Source of the DNA: a virus
Reading direction: 5' to 3' (one strand)
IMG/VR virus record: IMGVR_UViG_3300045988_072105
Location: 1 to 40,702 of that record
DNA: 40,702 nucleotides
The notes under the pieces are model-generated. The model was not told the origin of the DNA. It saw only the letters and a program-made list of their open reading frames with translations, and made no database searches. This document shows positions 7,610 to 16,973 of the stretch, in pieces (position 1 is the stretch's first letter; each line of letters begins with the position of its first letter). A program made the position numbers and the translations under genes.

Positions 7610-10600
7610 TTACGCGAAATATTCATCTAACGCCTTTTTTCGGGCGTCTTTTTCTTTAACTGTGGTATAAATCTTGTCACCGACAATCTCATTATGAACT
7701 TCGAATTTTTGATCTGCGAGTTGCGAATTTTTGACCTCATCGCTCAAGTCCTCAAGGGACGAACGAACGCCAGAGCTTGTCACGCTCGCGCTCGTGGTCA
7801 ATACGCTGTTAGTCTGATAATCTTGGTCCGTGATTGCTTGGGCATATTGTTTCGCTATGTCGTAAATATCTTTTACCCAGCTAGCCATACCATTATAGAA
7901 ACCTTCACCCGTAAATCCACCGATTTTATCCATCACTCGTGATGGTGAGTGGATATCGAGCGCGGAACGCATAATCATTGCGATATTTGAGGCGATGCTT
8001 GCTGCAAGTGCATATAACGCCCCGGCCATTGAAGCAAGTCCGTTATACAAGCCCACGCCCGCATTGATACCGACGCTAGATAATAGCCCCGGTAACGCGC
8101 TGAAAGCGTTGTATAGTTGCATGCTAGTGCTTACAGCAAGACTAACCGCTCGAGTCATACCCGATTGTATAACACTCGTAAATGTATTCATTCCACTCTT
8201 CGCGCTATTTGCTACGCTTTGGAAAGTCTGTTTGAACGTATTCGTCAAACGTTGTCCGCTTTGCGTGCTTATTTGCGAGATTTTATTTAAACCGCTTTCT
8301 ACCGCTTGGGCTGTCGCGTTCATCGCTTGCGTGACAGTTTTCTGCATATTTTGGTAATTGGTAGTGACTGCTTGCGATAATTGCGTGCTTGATTGTTGCG
8401 CACTTTGCGCCACTTTGGCAAAGTCAGCTTGTGCGTTGTTTGCCATCGCATTTGTAGCGCTCGTCGCGCCCGCTTGCATTTGTTGGAAGTTGCTCACAAC
8501 GCCCGAATTCGCCATCTGAGCGTTCGTGTTCGCAGCGGTATTCACACCCGCTGTGCTTGCGTTCGCGTTATTTAGGAGCTGATCCATTTGATAACTTGCG
8601 TTAGCGTTTAACTCACTGATATTCGTCACGACGCCAGTATTCATCTGACTTGTTTGAGCCGTCGCGTTCGCGTTCATTTGCGCAAACGATGTATCGGAAT
8701 TCGTCGCGAGTTGTTGCATTTGGAGCGTTCCGTCAGCGTTTAACATGCTGAAATTATTCGAGCCGTTTATTTGCATCTGGCTAGTTTGCGTCGTGACGTT
8801 GTTTGCGAGGTTCATCATGTTATTTGAAACATTAGTCGTCATTTCTGACGTTGAAGCCGTCGCATTTGTACTCATCGTCTGATAATTTGTACTTACAGTC
8901 TGACTTGCAACTGAAGAATCCGAGCTTACTTTTGCGGTAGTCGATTCGCTTTTGGCTTGAATATCAGCAGCAGCCGTCCCAATTGTCGCGCTGACTTTCG
9001 CTCCGCCTTCTTCAGATTTTCCACTGATCCAGTCCCAGATCCCCCCGAAGAAGTTTCCGACGGCATCCGCAACGCCTTTCAGAGCGTTAGGGATAAAGTC
9101 TAGGGCTGCTTTACCGAATCCGCTTATAATATCCCAAGCGGCGCTTACGATATTAGGCAATCCGGAAATGATAGACGTTGCGAGTTGTACGACTAATTGA
9201 ACCCCGGCCATAGCGAGTTGTGGTAAGGCTTGGACGAATCCTTTTATCAATTCCCCGATAATCTGCATACCAGATTGCGCGATCTGTGGCAATGCTTGGA
9301 TAATGCCCTGTACGAGCATAATGATAAGTTGAATTCCGCCTTGTAAGATAGCCGGTAAATTTTGGGCTATCGTTTGTATAAACGCAACAATAATTTGTGT
9401 AGCAATCTGGATAATTGTCGGCAATGATTGGACAATACCTTGGACAACGTTTGTCAAAATTTGAATACCTTGTTCGAGGATTGTCGGGAATTGCGACTGC
9501 ATACTTGTAATGAAATTAGTTACAAGTTGTTGTGCCGTTGTCAATAATTGAGGCAAGTTTTGCAAAATACCATTTGTGATATTTACAAGTAACTCCATCC
9601 CGAGCGATAATAATTGTGGCAATGCTGACAGAATTCCTTCGACCAGCGTCCCTACGATAGTTATCGCGGACGAAATCAAAGATCCCGCATTTTGGCCCAC
9701 ACCTTGAACAAGGCTTGCAATAAGTTGGATTCCCGCGTCAACGATAACCGGGAACATTGTCGCGAAGGCTTGCGCTAATTTAGCGACTAAATCCGCCCCC
9801 GAAGCAATAAGGCTTGGCAATTGGCTAGTAATGCCACTTACGAGGTTTTGAATGATCTGTGGCCCTTTAGTCGTAACCGTAGTAATCAACTGATCGATCT
9901 GTTGTCCAAATTGTTGGTTAATCAGACCAAGACCAGCAAGAACAAGCCCCAAGATGGCAGCCGGACCAATTGACGCGAGGGCAATTCCCATCACGGACGC
10001 GATCCCACTTGTCATCATGCTTAAAATGGACATGCCTTGCGCCGTCGCTCCACCAAGAACGCCCGGAATACCGGCAATCTTGCCCGTAAAGTTAGAAATA
10101 AAGCCTCCGGCCGTGCTAAACGCACCAGAAGCGACTGATCCGAGGGCCATTGTTTTCATCGCAACGCCACCCATAACGCCCGTCAAGGCCGTTAAACCAC
10201 GGACAGCCGGACCAAACGCAAACGCGCCCACTAGCCCCATAATAGCCGGCTTTAATCTAATAATTGTACTTTCAAATTTATTCGCTTGCTCATCGGTCAT
10301 TTTCGTACCGTTCAAAAGCTGATTGAGGGCCGGATTCAATGAGTTTAAAGCGTCTAGGAATTTTTGAAAACCTTGAGAATTATTGATTCTATCGACTAAT
10401 TTGTCAATCCATTGAACAAAAGTAGTCAAAACTGGCAAGACAGCCGTTCCGAGTGTTGTTTGAAAAGTCTCAAAAGACCCTCGAAGAATCTCAACCGCTC
10501 CTTTTAAGTTATTCATCTTTTCGGCGGCGACCTCTGCGACTGTCACTTTATCGATGGCCTCTTGCATTTTATTCGCGCCATCTGCCCCCTCGTTCATCGC

Positions 10601-12310
10601 GATTGTTGCAGCACGCACCGCGTCCGTACCGAACATTGTCTTGAGGGCCATTTGTTTTTCAGCGTCAGTCAATCCCCCGAGTTTATCTTTCAAAACTTGA
10701 GAAATTTCGGCGAATGACTTGACTTTTCCTTCTGCCGTGAAGAATTGGTTCGCGCCGTCCTCGGTTACAATCCCGAGATCCATCATTAAGTTTCTTTGTG
10801 CTTTTGTTTGCGGTTGCAAATTCATAAGCATAGTTTTTAATGATGTACCGGCGTCTGATCCCTTGAGTCCGTTTTGGGCGAAGACTGCGAGGGCGTTCGT
10901 GGTATCGCGGAACGATAGACCAAGCCCAGACGCGACCGGAGCGACCATAGATAGGCCATATTTTAGTTCGTGGACGTCTGTCGCTGACGCGTTAGCAGCC
11001 CCCGCGAGTTGGTTTGCCGCTTGCGTGGCCGTCATACCGTCCCGACGGAAAGCGTTCAATGCCGTTGATGTAATTTCAGCAGCTTCTTTCAGATCGAGTT
11101 CGCCCGCTGTCGCGAGGTTAAGGGACGCGGTAAGTCCACCGTCTAAAATATCTTTAGTCGATACTCCGGCTTTTGCAAGCTCGCCGATTGCGTCCGCCGC
11201 TTCACTAGCGCTGAAAGCTGTATCAGCTCCGGCCTTTATTGCTGCTTTATTAAATTGAGCCATCGTTTCAGCACTTGCGCCAGTAACGGCCTTGATGTTA
11301 CTCATTTTAGCTTCAAAGTCCGCTGCCGTTGCAATTGTACTCTTGATAAATTGCTTTCCGAGATCAAAGAGTTTATATGCAGCAGCCACTCCGAGGACTT
11401 GTTTCAGCAAGTTAGTTGACGCGCTTGCTGCTTGGTTCGTGTGACTTACGATTCCGGTTAACGCATTGACTGCTTTCTGCCCGGTCGTTTGGAAGGCACT
11501 CCCGAGTCGTCCACTTACATTTGAAGCAAGACTATTGACTGACGATAAAATCCTTCCACCGAAGGAATTTCGCACCCGATCCGCGAAACTGTTCGCCTTA
11601 CTTGTCAAGTTGGTAAACATACTGGACCACGAAGAATTGATCGGGTTCAATACCTTTTGGCCAAGCGCGCTCGTAAGATTCCCAGCCATGGACTGAATAC
11701 GAGCTTCGAGCCGGGCCATAGCGTCACCAATAGCCCCGAAAGCCGTCTTATACGATCCAGACATATTATTTGCCGAATTCGTAAAGACTGAGCCCAGACT
11801 GTGGACTTTTGAGCTTATCCGTTGCGCCATTGAGTCAACACTATTTGCCATTTCAGCAAACGCGCTCTTTGGCGATTTGATCGCTTTTGAAATATCAAAA
11901 TCAAAAGCCTTTTTAATTTTCGAGTTAATACCAGCCCCAAGGGCGGCAACGTCATTTTTCATTGCGCCTAAAACTGATTTAATATCAGCCGAAACGCGAG
12001 TAAATGCTTTTCGTATGGGGTCTGGTAATTTTGCGCCGATGTTAGAAGAGATACGTTGTAACTCCCCAAGGGCGATTTTGAATCCACCGGTCAACCCTTG
12101 GCCGATCTTGGATCCAATATTCTGGTTACTGTTTGCGAGCCGGTTCATAAGCTCACCGACTTCACGAATCATCTGATTCGCGCTCTTTGACGCTTCCTGT
12201 GCCGCGTTTTGAAATGCTTTACGCGTAGAACTCACGACGTCGCTCATTGCCTTCTCATAACCGGTTAAATCCGCGCCGATAATCGCTTCTATTGATCCGT
12301 CAAATGCCAT
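7610..12310 (-). CDS. Tail tape measure protein
   Basis: 1566 aa. Has a TP901-type TMP core (..KAVTGASAETMAQFNKAAIKAGADTAFSASEAADAIGELAKAG..), hydrophobic glycine-rich segments, eleven 22-aa repeats, an N/Q/S/T-rich tract and the conserved ..LDIHSPSRVM.. motif. Confidence 0.95.
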   Translation of the reverse strand: MAFDGSIEAIIGADLTGYEKAMSDVVSSTRKAFQNAAQEASKSANQMIREVGELMNRLANSNQNIGSKIGQGLTGGFKIALGELQRISSNIGAKLPDPIRKAFTRVSADIKSVLGAMKNDVAALGAGINSKIKKAFDFDISKAIKSPKSAFAEMANSVDSMAQRISSKVHSLGSVFTNSANNMSGSYKTAFGAIGDAMARLEARIQSMAGNLTSALGQKVLNPINSSWSSMFTNLTSKANSFADRVRNSFGGRILSSVNSLASNVSGRLGSAFQTTGQKAVNALTGIVSHTNQAASASTNLLKQVLGVAAAYKLFDLGKQFIKSTIATAADFEAKMSNIKAVTGASAETMAQFNKAAIKAGADTAFSASEAADAIGELAKAGVSTKDILDGGLTASLNLATAGELDLKEAAEITSTALNAFRRDGMTATQAANQLAGAANASATDVHELKYGLSMVAPVASGLGLSFRDTTNALAVFAQNGLKGSDAGTSLKTMLMNLQPQTKAQRNLMMDLGIVTEDGANQFFTAEGKVKSFAEISQVLKDKLGGLTDAEKQMALKTMFGTDAVRAATIAMNEGADGANKMQEAIDKVTVAEVAAEKMNNLKGAVEILRGSFETFQTTLGTAVLPVLTTFVQWIDKLVDRINNSQGFQKFLDALNSLNPALNQLLNGTKMTDEQANKFESTIIRLKPAIMGLVGAFAFGPAVRGLTALTGVMGGVAMKTMALGSVASGAFSTAGGFISNFTGKIAGIPGVLGGATAQGMSILSMMTSGIASVMGIALASIGPAAILGLVLAGLGLINQQFGQQIDQLITTVTTKGPQIIQNLVSGITSQLPSLIASGADLVAKLAQAFATMFPVIVDAGIQLIASLVQGVGQNAGSLISSAITIVGTLVEGILSALPQLLSLGMELLVNITNGILQNLPQLLTTAQQLVTNFITSMQSQFPTILEQGIQILTNVVQGIVQSLPTIIQIATQIIVAFIQTIAQNLPAILQGGIQLIIMLVQGIIQALPQIAQSGMQIIGELIKGFVQALPQLAMAGVQLVVQLATSIISGLPNIVSAAWDIISGFGKAALDFIPNALKGVADAVGNFFGGIWDWISGKSEEGGAKVSATIGTAAADIQAKSESTTAKVSSDSSVASQTVSTNYQTMSTNATASTSEMTTNVSNNMMNLANNVTTQTSQMQINGSNNFSMLNADGTLQMQQLATNSDTSFAQMNANATAQTSQMNTGVVTNISELNANASYQMDQLLNNANASTAGVNTAANTNAQMANSGVVSNFQQMQAGATSATNAMANNAQADFAKVAQSAQQSSTQLSQAVTTNYQNMQKTVTQAMNATAQAVESGLNKISQISTQSGQRLTNTFKQTFQSVANSAKSGMNTFTSVIQSGMTRAVSLAVSTSMQLYNAFSALPGLLSSVGINAGVGLYNGLASMAGALYALAASIASNIAMIMRSALDIHSPSRVMDKIGGFTGEGFYNGMASWVKDIYDIAKQYAQAITDQDYQTNSVLTTSASVTSSGVRSSLEDLSDEVKNSQLADQKFEVHNEIVGDKIYTTVKEKDARKKALDEYFA

Positions 12311-12325
12311 CGCCCCACCTCCTAT

Positions 12326-12613
12326 CTATCTATTTCTGAAATGTTCATTGAGACGCTCGATCTTCTCGAGCATAACTTGAGAGCTTTCCCGCTCTTCGCG
12401 CTGCCTAAATAGACGACGCACTTTCTCGCGATCCTTTCTCTTGCTCAACTTGCCAAAGTCCGCTTTTTTAGCGTTTAGTGTATAGCGTAAGTTAAAAGCA
12501 AGCTCGACGAGGTTTTCCCTTTCTTCGATCGCTCGATAGTAAAGGCCCTCGCGAATCGCGTCAAGCTCGTTTTTCGTACATGAAAAAATAATATTCGGGT
12601 CAGTTAGACCCAA
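12326..12613 (-). CDS. Tail assembly chaperone, -1 frame extension (gpT-like part of a G/GT pair)
   Basis: This ORF is in the -1 frame relative to 12628..13104. That frame has no stop from the slippery site at 12781-12787 through to this ORF. It sits between the major tail protein and TMP genes. Confidence 0.65.
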   Translation of the reverse strand: MGLTDPNIIFSCTKNELDAIREGLYYRAIEERENLVELAFNLRYTLNAKKADFGKLSKRKDREKVRRLFRQREERESSQVMLEKIERLNEHFRNR

Positions 12614-12627
12614 ACGCGCACATTCTA

Positions 12628-13104
12628 TTAAGAGATTGCGTTTCTCAAGCGCCCAATTTGCGCCTCCGTCTGCTCGATCTGAAGCTCCGCTTGTGCCTTG
12701 TCTTCCGCTGTTTCTGCTTTGGCTTTGAGATACTTCAATCCCAGCTCGAGATTTTCTAAGTATTTCAAAACTTTCTCTTTGAAAAAACCAGAATCGACCA
12801 TCTCTTCTTCAAGTGCTTCAAATAGTGGTTCTGTGCTTTCTGCTCCGAGATCTTCCACTTTGTCCGCGATTGCCTTGATAGCTTCTTCGTCGCTTACGGC
12901 TTTAGCTTTCTTGCTCGCACATAGCTTGATAAGATCCACTAGAGCCGAATCGTTACGATCAACCACACGGAGGAATAGAGCTCCGACACCGTCTTCGTTG
13001 CGTGTTCCGTCTGGTGCTTGAGATCCAAGATCACGATTGACCTTGTACATGGTCATATAATCAAATTTAATCTCGATTGCGCGGCTTCCGACTGTAAATT
13101 CCAT
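12628..13104 (-). CDS. Tail assembly chaperone (gpG-like)
   Basis: 158 aa from the ATG at 13104 (RBS AAGGAG, 7-nt spacer). The ORF-track TTG at 13125 lies in the terminator T-tract. Acidic C-terminal half. Position between the MTP and TMP. Confidence 0.8.
   Translation of the reverse strand: MEFTVGSRAIEIKFDYMTMYKVNRDLGSQAPDGTRNEDGVGALFLRVVDRNDSALVDLIKLCASKKAKAVSDEEAIKAIADKVEDLGAESTEPLFEALEEEMVDSGFFKEKVLKYLENLELGLKYLKAKAETAEDKAQAELQIEQTEAQIGRLRNAIS
12781..12787 (-). other. Candidate -1 programmed ribosomal frameshift heptamer T_TTT_TTC
   Basis: Minus strand reads ggT TTT TTC aaa in the zero frame of the chaperone ORF (..SGFFKEK..). I read the -1 frame codon by codon and it is open from here to 12326. 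Confidence 0.5.
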
Positions 13105-13121
13105 TGAATAACTCCTTTTTG

Positions 13122-13163
13122 TCAAAAAAATAAAAGCAAAAGGGCTTTCGAGGCCCTCTTGCT
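13122..13163 (-). terminator. Intrinsic terminator/attenuator after the major tail protein gene
   Basis: Minus strand: AGCAAGAGGGC-ctcgaaa-GCCCTTTTGCT (10 of 11 positions paired) followed by TTTATTTTTTT. Confidence 0.7.
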
Positions 13164-13170
13164 TGAAAAA

Positions 13171-13752
13171 TTAGCGTGTGATGTTGTTGTAATCGCCGGT
13201 TGTTTCGCCCGGGTTTTGGTAATCATACACTTCGTTAAGCATTGCGATTTCATCTGCTGAAAGCGGGAATTTGCCGTCACGAAGACGACCAACGATCCCG
13301 ACTGTATAGTTGAGCTCAACGAAGCTATCGATCGCGTCGTCGAATTCGATATCGTCTGTGATCTTACCATATCCAAACTGTGCCGGGTAAGTGTCCTTAC
13401 CGGTTGATGTTTCTTTCACGCTTTCGTCAACGATAACGCGCCAGATCTTGACTGATTCCCCTGTCTTTTGCGCGTCAAGAATGACTTGAACGGACGGATC
13501 TTTTGGTGCGAAATATTGAGTTAACTCAATAGAGTGCTCGTCGGTTGCTTTCTCAAGCAAACGCCCTTGTTGTGTTTGCTCGTCGATGTATTCCCCACCC
13601 ATTGTGGTAGAGCCATCTTTACGATAAGCCGGAAGCATTGCTCCCGTGCCCTTTTCTGCGTGGATTGATTGAATAAAGTAAAATACTTTCTTACCTACGA
13701 CCGGCTTCGCGATCGTAATTTTAATTTTTGCTTTGTCTTCTGCTTCACCCAT
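13171..13752 (-). CDS. Major tail protein (TP901-1/Phage_tail_2-like)
   Basis: 193 aa. Position upstream of the chaperones. Motifs ..LPAYRKDGSTTMGGE.. and ..YPAQFGYGKITD.. are typical of this family. Confidence 0.85.
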   Translation of the reverse strand: MGEAEDKAKIKITIAKPVVGKKVFYFIQSIHAEKGTGAMLPAYRKDGSTTMGGEYIDEQTQQGRLLEKATDEHSIELTQYFAPKDPSVQVILDAQKTGESVKIWRVIVDESVKETSTGKDTYPAQFGYGKITDDIEFDDAIDSFVELNYTVGIVGRLRDGKFPLSADEIAMLNEVYDYQNPGETTGDYNNITR

Positions 13753-13769
13753 TTATAAGTGCTCCTTTG

Positions 13770-14135
13770 TTAAAAAATTATTTCTGTTAAGTTAATAACG
13801 ATATGATAGACCTCCCGGCCTATTGAGTCATCTTTCAAGACGGTTGACGCCATCCGATTATTCCGACCGATTCGTCTGATCGCTTCTGATCGCACTCTCT
13901 CGACTCCTCCGCGGCTTTCGTCGTCCGGTAAGAATATATCTATCTGGACGCTTAAATCCTCGATTATGAGCCCTGTCTGGACCGTTTTCGAGGTGTCCGA
14001 GCTCGTTTGCCCGATCACCAAGAATGGCTCGAGGACGTTTGGATCTGGAAGGTTGAAATAGATCGGAATATTCAACGGCTTCAATTTCTCGCGCAATTCC
14101 GCGAGCGTCTTGATCGAAGGTGCTTCAAATTCCAT
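13770..14135 (-). CDS. Tail terminator/tail completion protein (called by position)
   Basis: 121-aa ORF between the HK97-gp10-like gene and the major tail protein gene. Confidence 0.6.
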   Translation of the reverse strand: MEFEAPSIKTLAELREKLKPLNIPIYFNLPDPNVLEPFLVIGQTSSDTSKTVQTGLIIEDLSVQIDIFLPDDESRGGVERVRSEAIRRIGRNNRMASTVLKDDSIGREVYHIVINLTEIIF

Positions 14136-14138
14136 GGA

Positions 14139-14483
14139 TCACCTCCTAAACATTTTACGAAGATTTTTAAAAAGAACTTCGCTTTCTTCTTTGACGGCCG
14201 GCCCGAGGAAGGGTTGGGCCTTCATCTTACGAGTCCCAAGCTCCACATAGACCGAATAACCAGCCGGGGACGTCACCTTATACCGTAACATACCCACCCG
14301 GGCAACGAAGATTCCGTTTCGCATGAATCCGGTATCGACTGCTGCTTTTATTTTGGCTTTTCGTTCGACTCGCAAGGCCGATCTGTTCAATTCAGCACTC
14401 ACGGCCCGTTGTGCTTGTTTTGGCTTGCTCTGGACACGTCGGATGAACTTGTCGAGCCCCTTGACTTTATAAGAAAAACTCAT
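14139..14483 (-). CDS. HK97 gp10-family head-tail joining protein
   Basis: 114 aa. The N-terminus MSFSYKVKGLDKFIRRV..ALRVERKAKIKAAVDTGFMRNGI matches the gp10-family pattern. Overlaps the upstream gene by 4 nt. Confidence 0.75.
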   Translation of the reverse strand: MSFSYKVKGLDKFIRRVQSKPKQAQRAVSAELNRSALRVERKAKIKAAVDTGFMRNGIFVARVGMLRYKVTSPAGYSVYVELGTRKMKAQPFLGPAVKEESEVLFKNLRKMFRR

Positions 14484-14758
14484 AAGTAAATCACCGTGCT
14501 ATTATGATGATATCTCTTGCCCTTGATTTTCATTTTCTTGCCCTTGTAAATGACTTCGGAAAAGTCCCGATGGACACCTTGCAAGTGTAATTTGAACGCG
14601 TCAAAGTCATACTTTCCAAAGAGCCCCATCATTTCATAGTTGGACATAGCGTTGCGCATACAAGGAACAGGGAAGCTCTTTTTCTTCTCCACCTTGTCCA
14701 ATAGCTCGTCCGTTGGGCGTTTTTCAAAAATCAAGGTTACGCGGTCATTATAGATCAT
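14480..14758 (-). CDS. Head closure protein (SPP1 gp16-like)
   Basis: 92 aa, called from its position between the gp6-like connector and the gp10-like gene. Confidence 0.6.
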   Translation of the reverse strand: MIYNDRVTLIFEKRPTDELLDKVEKKKSFPVPCMRNAMSNYEMMGLFGKYDFDAFKLHLQGVHRDFSEVIYKGKKMKIKGKRYHHNSTVIYL

Positions 14759-14772
14759 ACACGCGCCCTCCC

Positions 14773-15138
14773 TTAAATGAATCTAGCGATCCCACGGGCA
14801 CGATGTTTTACCGCAAGGCCTTCCAAAACGGCCTTATTATCATCTGTTAGATAGCCATCCTCCCAAGTAAAGCTCCGGCCTTCTTCGCTGTCAGCGGTTG
14901 CGCCCTCCGAGTTTAGGCGGTTGAATCGACTGACAGCCACGTCCCGGAGGATATACGCCACCGTTTCGGGCAATTCCTCGAGTTGCGAATCAGAAAAGCG
15001 GTTGACGTAAGCGATCATACGCTCGAAGCTATCCCGTACAATAAGGGTCAATAAATCGTCTTGCTCTTGGTCGCTCTTTGGAATTCCCTTTAATAAGCGG
15101 ATCTCTTCCGTTGCTCTTTCTAGCTCAATAGCTGCCAT
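14773..15138 (-). CDS. Head-tail connector protein (gp6/gp15-like)
   Basis: 121 aa, first gene after the capsid gene. Acidic and helical. Confidence 0.65.
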   Translation of the reverse strand: MAAIELERATEEIRLLKGIPKSDQEQDDLLTLIVRDSFERMIAYVNRFSDSQLEELPETVAYILRDVAVSRFNRLNSEGATADSEEGRSFTWEDGYLTDDNKAVLEGLAVKHRARGIARFI

Positions 15139-15153
15139 CGTTCACCTCCTAAA

Positions 15154-16035
15154 TTAAGCCGCGACTGCTGCTGGTTTTTCGATTGTTGTTTCAACAACAC
15201 CTTCTGGAATTTCAGCAAAGAGAACGTTTGCTCCGAAGAATACAGATTCGAAAGTCAAATTCTTCAATGCACGATCGCGAGCTACTGCAATAAGTCCGGT
15301 CTCGTCTGTAAAGTCTGCAAACAATCCGCCAAGATCACCACTTGCAACGTTCAAGTTTGCAAAAACAAGGTTTTCGATTGCGGTTGTGTAGATCTTCCCT
15401 TCTGGTACACCGTTCATCACGATAACGTTTTGCATACCCAAGAAATTCTTGAGAAGAGTCATACCGAAGACGTTAGAAGCGTTAGCGCCTACGCCAGCGT
15501 CCCCAAGGTATGCAGCAGCGTCAACCGGATTCACGAAAGTAACGATTGGTGAGCCTTCGAATTCATTGAAGGTTGCGATTTTTGCCCACGCTTGCGCAAG
15601 TGCACCTTGCAATCCTTTACCTTTGTTTTTAGTTGGGTTTGCTTTCAAGAATGTAAAGAATTGCTCTTTGATTCCGTTTTGGATCTCGCGCATAAGACGA
15701 GTATCAGCTTCTGTGATTGCTACTGACGCACCATGACGCGCAATTGCTTCCGCTGACACGGAACGACGTTTTTTGAACCAAGCGACCTCGTATGCTTGCG
15801 CTTTTGCGCGAACCATTTGAGAAAGCGGGATATCTTCACCCTCTGCCGGGTTGGTTGCGTTCACGTCTGCGGTCCATTTGTAAGTTTGAATCTTAAGATC
15901 GCTTGTCAATTCTTGACGACGTGTGACACCAAGAAGTGTCAATAGATCATTGATATTTTTTGAGAATTTGTTGACAAAATCAATAGACTTAATTTCGCCC
16001 AGATTTGCCATTGTTGTTAGTTTTGCTTCAGCCAT
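15154..16035 (-). CDS. Major capsid protein
   Basis: 293 aa, directly after the scaffold gene. The N-terminus MAEAKLTTMANLGEIKSIDFVNKF.. is typical of lactic-acid-bacteria phage capsid proteins. Confidence 0.85.
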   Translation of the reverse strand: MAEAKLTTMANLGEIKSIDFVNKFSKNINDLLTLLGVTRRQELTSDLKIQTYKWTADVNATNPAEGEDIPLSQMVRAKAQAYEVAWFKKRRSVSAEAIARHGASVAITEADTRLMREIQNGIKEQFFTFLKANPTKNKGKGLQGALAQAWAKIATFNEFEGSPIVTFVNPVDAAAYLGDAGVGANASNVFGMTLLKNFLGMQNVIVMNGVPEGKIYTTAIENLVFANLNVASGDLGGLFADFTDETGLIAVARDRALKNLTFESVFFGANVLFAEIPEGVVETTIEKPAAVAA

Positions 16036-16038
16036 ATT

Positions 16039-16635
16039 CTAGCCCTTTCTAAATAATTGAATGTTTTCAGCGATTGCTTGTTGACGCTCGTCGTCATTTT
16101 CAATCGCCATGATATCCTCTTTCGTGAGCCCGTTGATAGCCCCACGACGAGGGGTGCTTTGCACTAAGCGTTCATTGACGCGTTTTTCAACTTCTTTGTC
16201 AAAAACATTTCGCAAGTCAGAAATTTTAGCTTTGACTTCTTCGGCGGTCGGAGCGAGGACGTGTCCGAGGAATTCTTGCGGAAGTCCTTCTTCAACTAGC
16301 AAAGACATTGTTGCCATTTTCATTTCTCGTTCTGCGATTGCTCGCTCACGCTCTTCGATTGCTTGGATTCGCTTTGCTTCCTCTTCTTTGGCGCGTTCGT
16401 CCTTGGTTAGCTTCGCGAGGCGTTCCCCTTCGCTCTTTGCAAGCTCAAGGGCTTCGGCTTGTTCCGCTTCCCAACTTGCGCGAGCTTTTGCGATCTCCGC
16501 TGCGACTGCCTTCCCGAATTCGGCGCGTGTGAAGGTACGCTCTGACTTTTCTTGCTTGGTCTCGACTTGTTCTTTTTGAGCGACGTCTTTCTCAATAGCT
16601 TCGGTCTCGACGGTTGCTTGTGTATTTTCTGACAT
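16039..16635 (-). CDS. Scaffolding protein (DUF4355-like)
   Basis: 198 aa, E/K/A-rich coiled coil (..RTFTRAEFGKAVAAEIAKARASWEAEQAE..). RBS GGAGGAAAA. Confidence 0.85.
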   Translation of the reverse strand: MSENTQATVETEAIEKDVAQKEQVETKQEKSERTFTRAEFGKAVAAEIAKARASWEAEQAEALELAKSEGERLAKLTKDERAKEEEAKRIQAIEERERAIAEREMKMATMSLLVEEGLPQEFLGHVLAPTAEEVKAKISDLRNVFDKEVEKRVNERLVQSTPRRGAINGLTKEDIMAIENDDERQQAIAENIQLFRKG

Positions 16636-16732
16636 GATTTTCCTCCGATGGTTACGCCATCAATCGATTATTCTCGCTTTACGTCCGGCGACGAAACAAT
16701 GCAGCTTTTAACGTCCTCCGCAAAGTCTGGAC

Positions 16733-16759
16733 AACAAAAAAAGCGGTCTATTCCCGCTT
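16733..16759 (-). terminator. Candidate intrinsic terminator after the 45-aa ORF
   Basis: Minus strand: AAGCGG-gaataga-CCGCTT followed by TTTTTT. Confidence 0.5.
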
Positions 16760-16784
16760 GTCAAGATACCGGATCACCTCCGAT

Positions 16785-16922
16785 CTATTTCGTGTGTTTC
16801 TTAATCGCTGTGGTGATTCCATTGATCAATCCGGCAATGATGGACCATCCCACCAATACCAAGATCGCAAGGCATATCAACCCGGCGGTAAACGAAACAA
16901 GATTCCAAATATTTATCATCAT
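16785..16922 (-). CDS. 45-aa single-pass membrane micro-protein (below the ORF-track size cut-off)
   Basis: My own translation: MMINIWNLVSFTAGLICLAILVLVGWSIIAGLINGITTAIKKHTK. AAAGGAG lies just upstream. Bracketed by two terminators. Confidence 0.5.
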   Translation of the reverse strand: MMINIWNLVSFTAGLICLAILVLVGWSIIAGLINGITTAIKKHTK

Positions 16923-16945
16923 TCTCCTTTCTTATTTTGAGCATG

Positions 16946-16973
16946 AAAAAAGCACCTAGATTATTCTAAGTGC
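16946..16973 (-). terminator. Strong intrinsic terminator closing the toxin/hydrolase cassette
   Basis: Minus strand: GCACTTAG-aataat-CTAGGTGC (8-bp stem including one G-U pair) followed by TTTTTT. The stem includes the TAG stop of the hydrolase gene. Confidence 0.8.

Noticed and set aside
7610-8100. Possible peptidoglycan-hydrolase (lysozyme/M23/CHAP) domain at the C-terminus of the tape measure protein or in Tal
   Set aside because: I read through the C-terminal 170 aa of the TMP and the whole of Tal and found no catalytic motif of these families, only the common ..HSPSR.. TMP motif.
13122-13376. 84-aa minus-strand ORF overlapping the 3' end of the major tail protein gene in another frame. 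Similar alternative-frame ORFs: 1196-1393, 1484-1705, 16407-16595, 18438-18698, 20829-21062, 23419-23613, 27120-27386, 28004-28198, 28710-28922, 29546-29737, 30533-30787, 31026-31376, 32548-32937, 37444-37674.
   Set aside because: They are same-strand out-of-frame ORFs inside genes with strong family signatures. They have no RBS and their composition is biased.
16648-16959. 103-aa plus-strand ORF between the scaffold gene and the hydrolase gene
   Set aside because: It has no RBS; its ATG sits in the reverse complement of the scaffold RBS. The region is better explained by a minus-strand 45-aa TM ORF with an AAAGGAG RBS, flanked by two minus-strand terminators.
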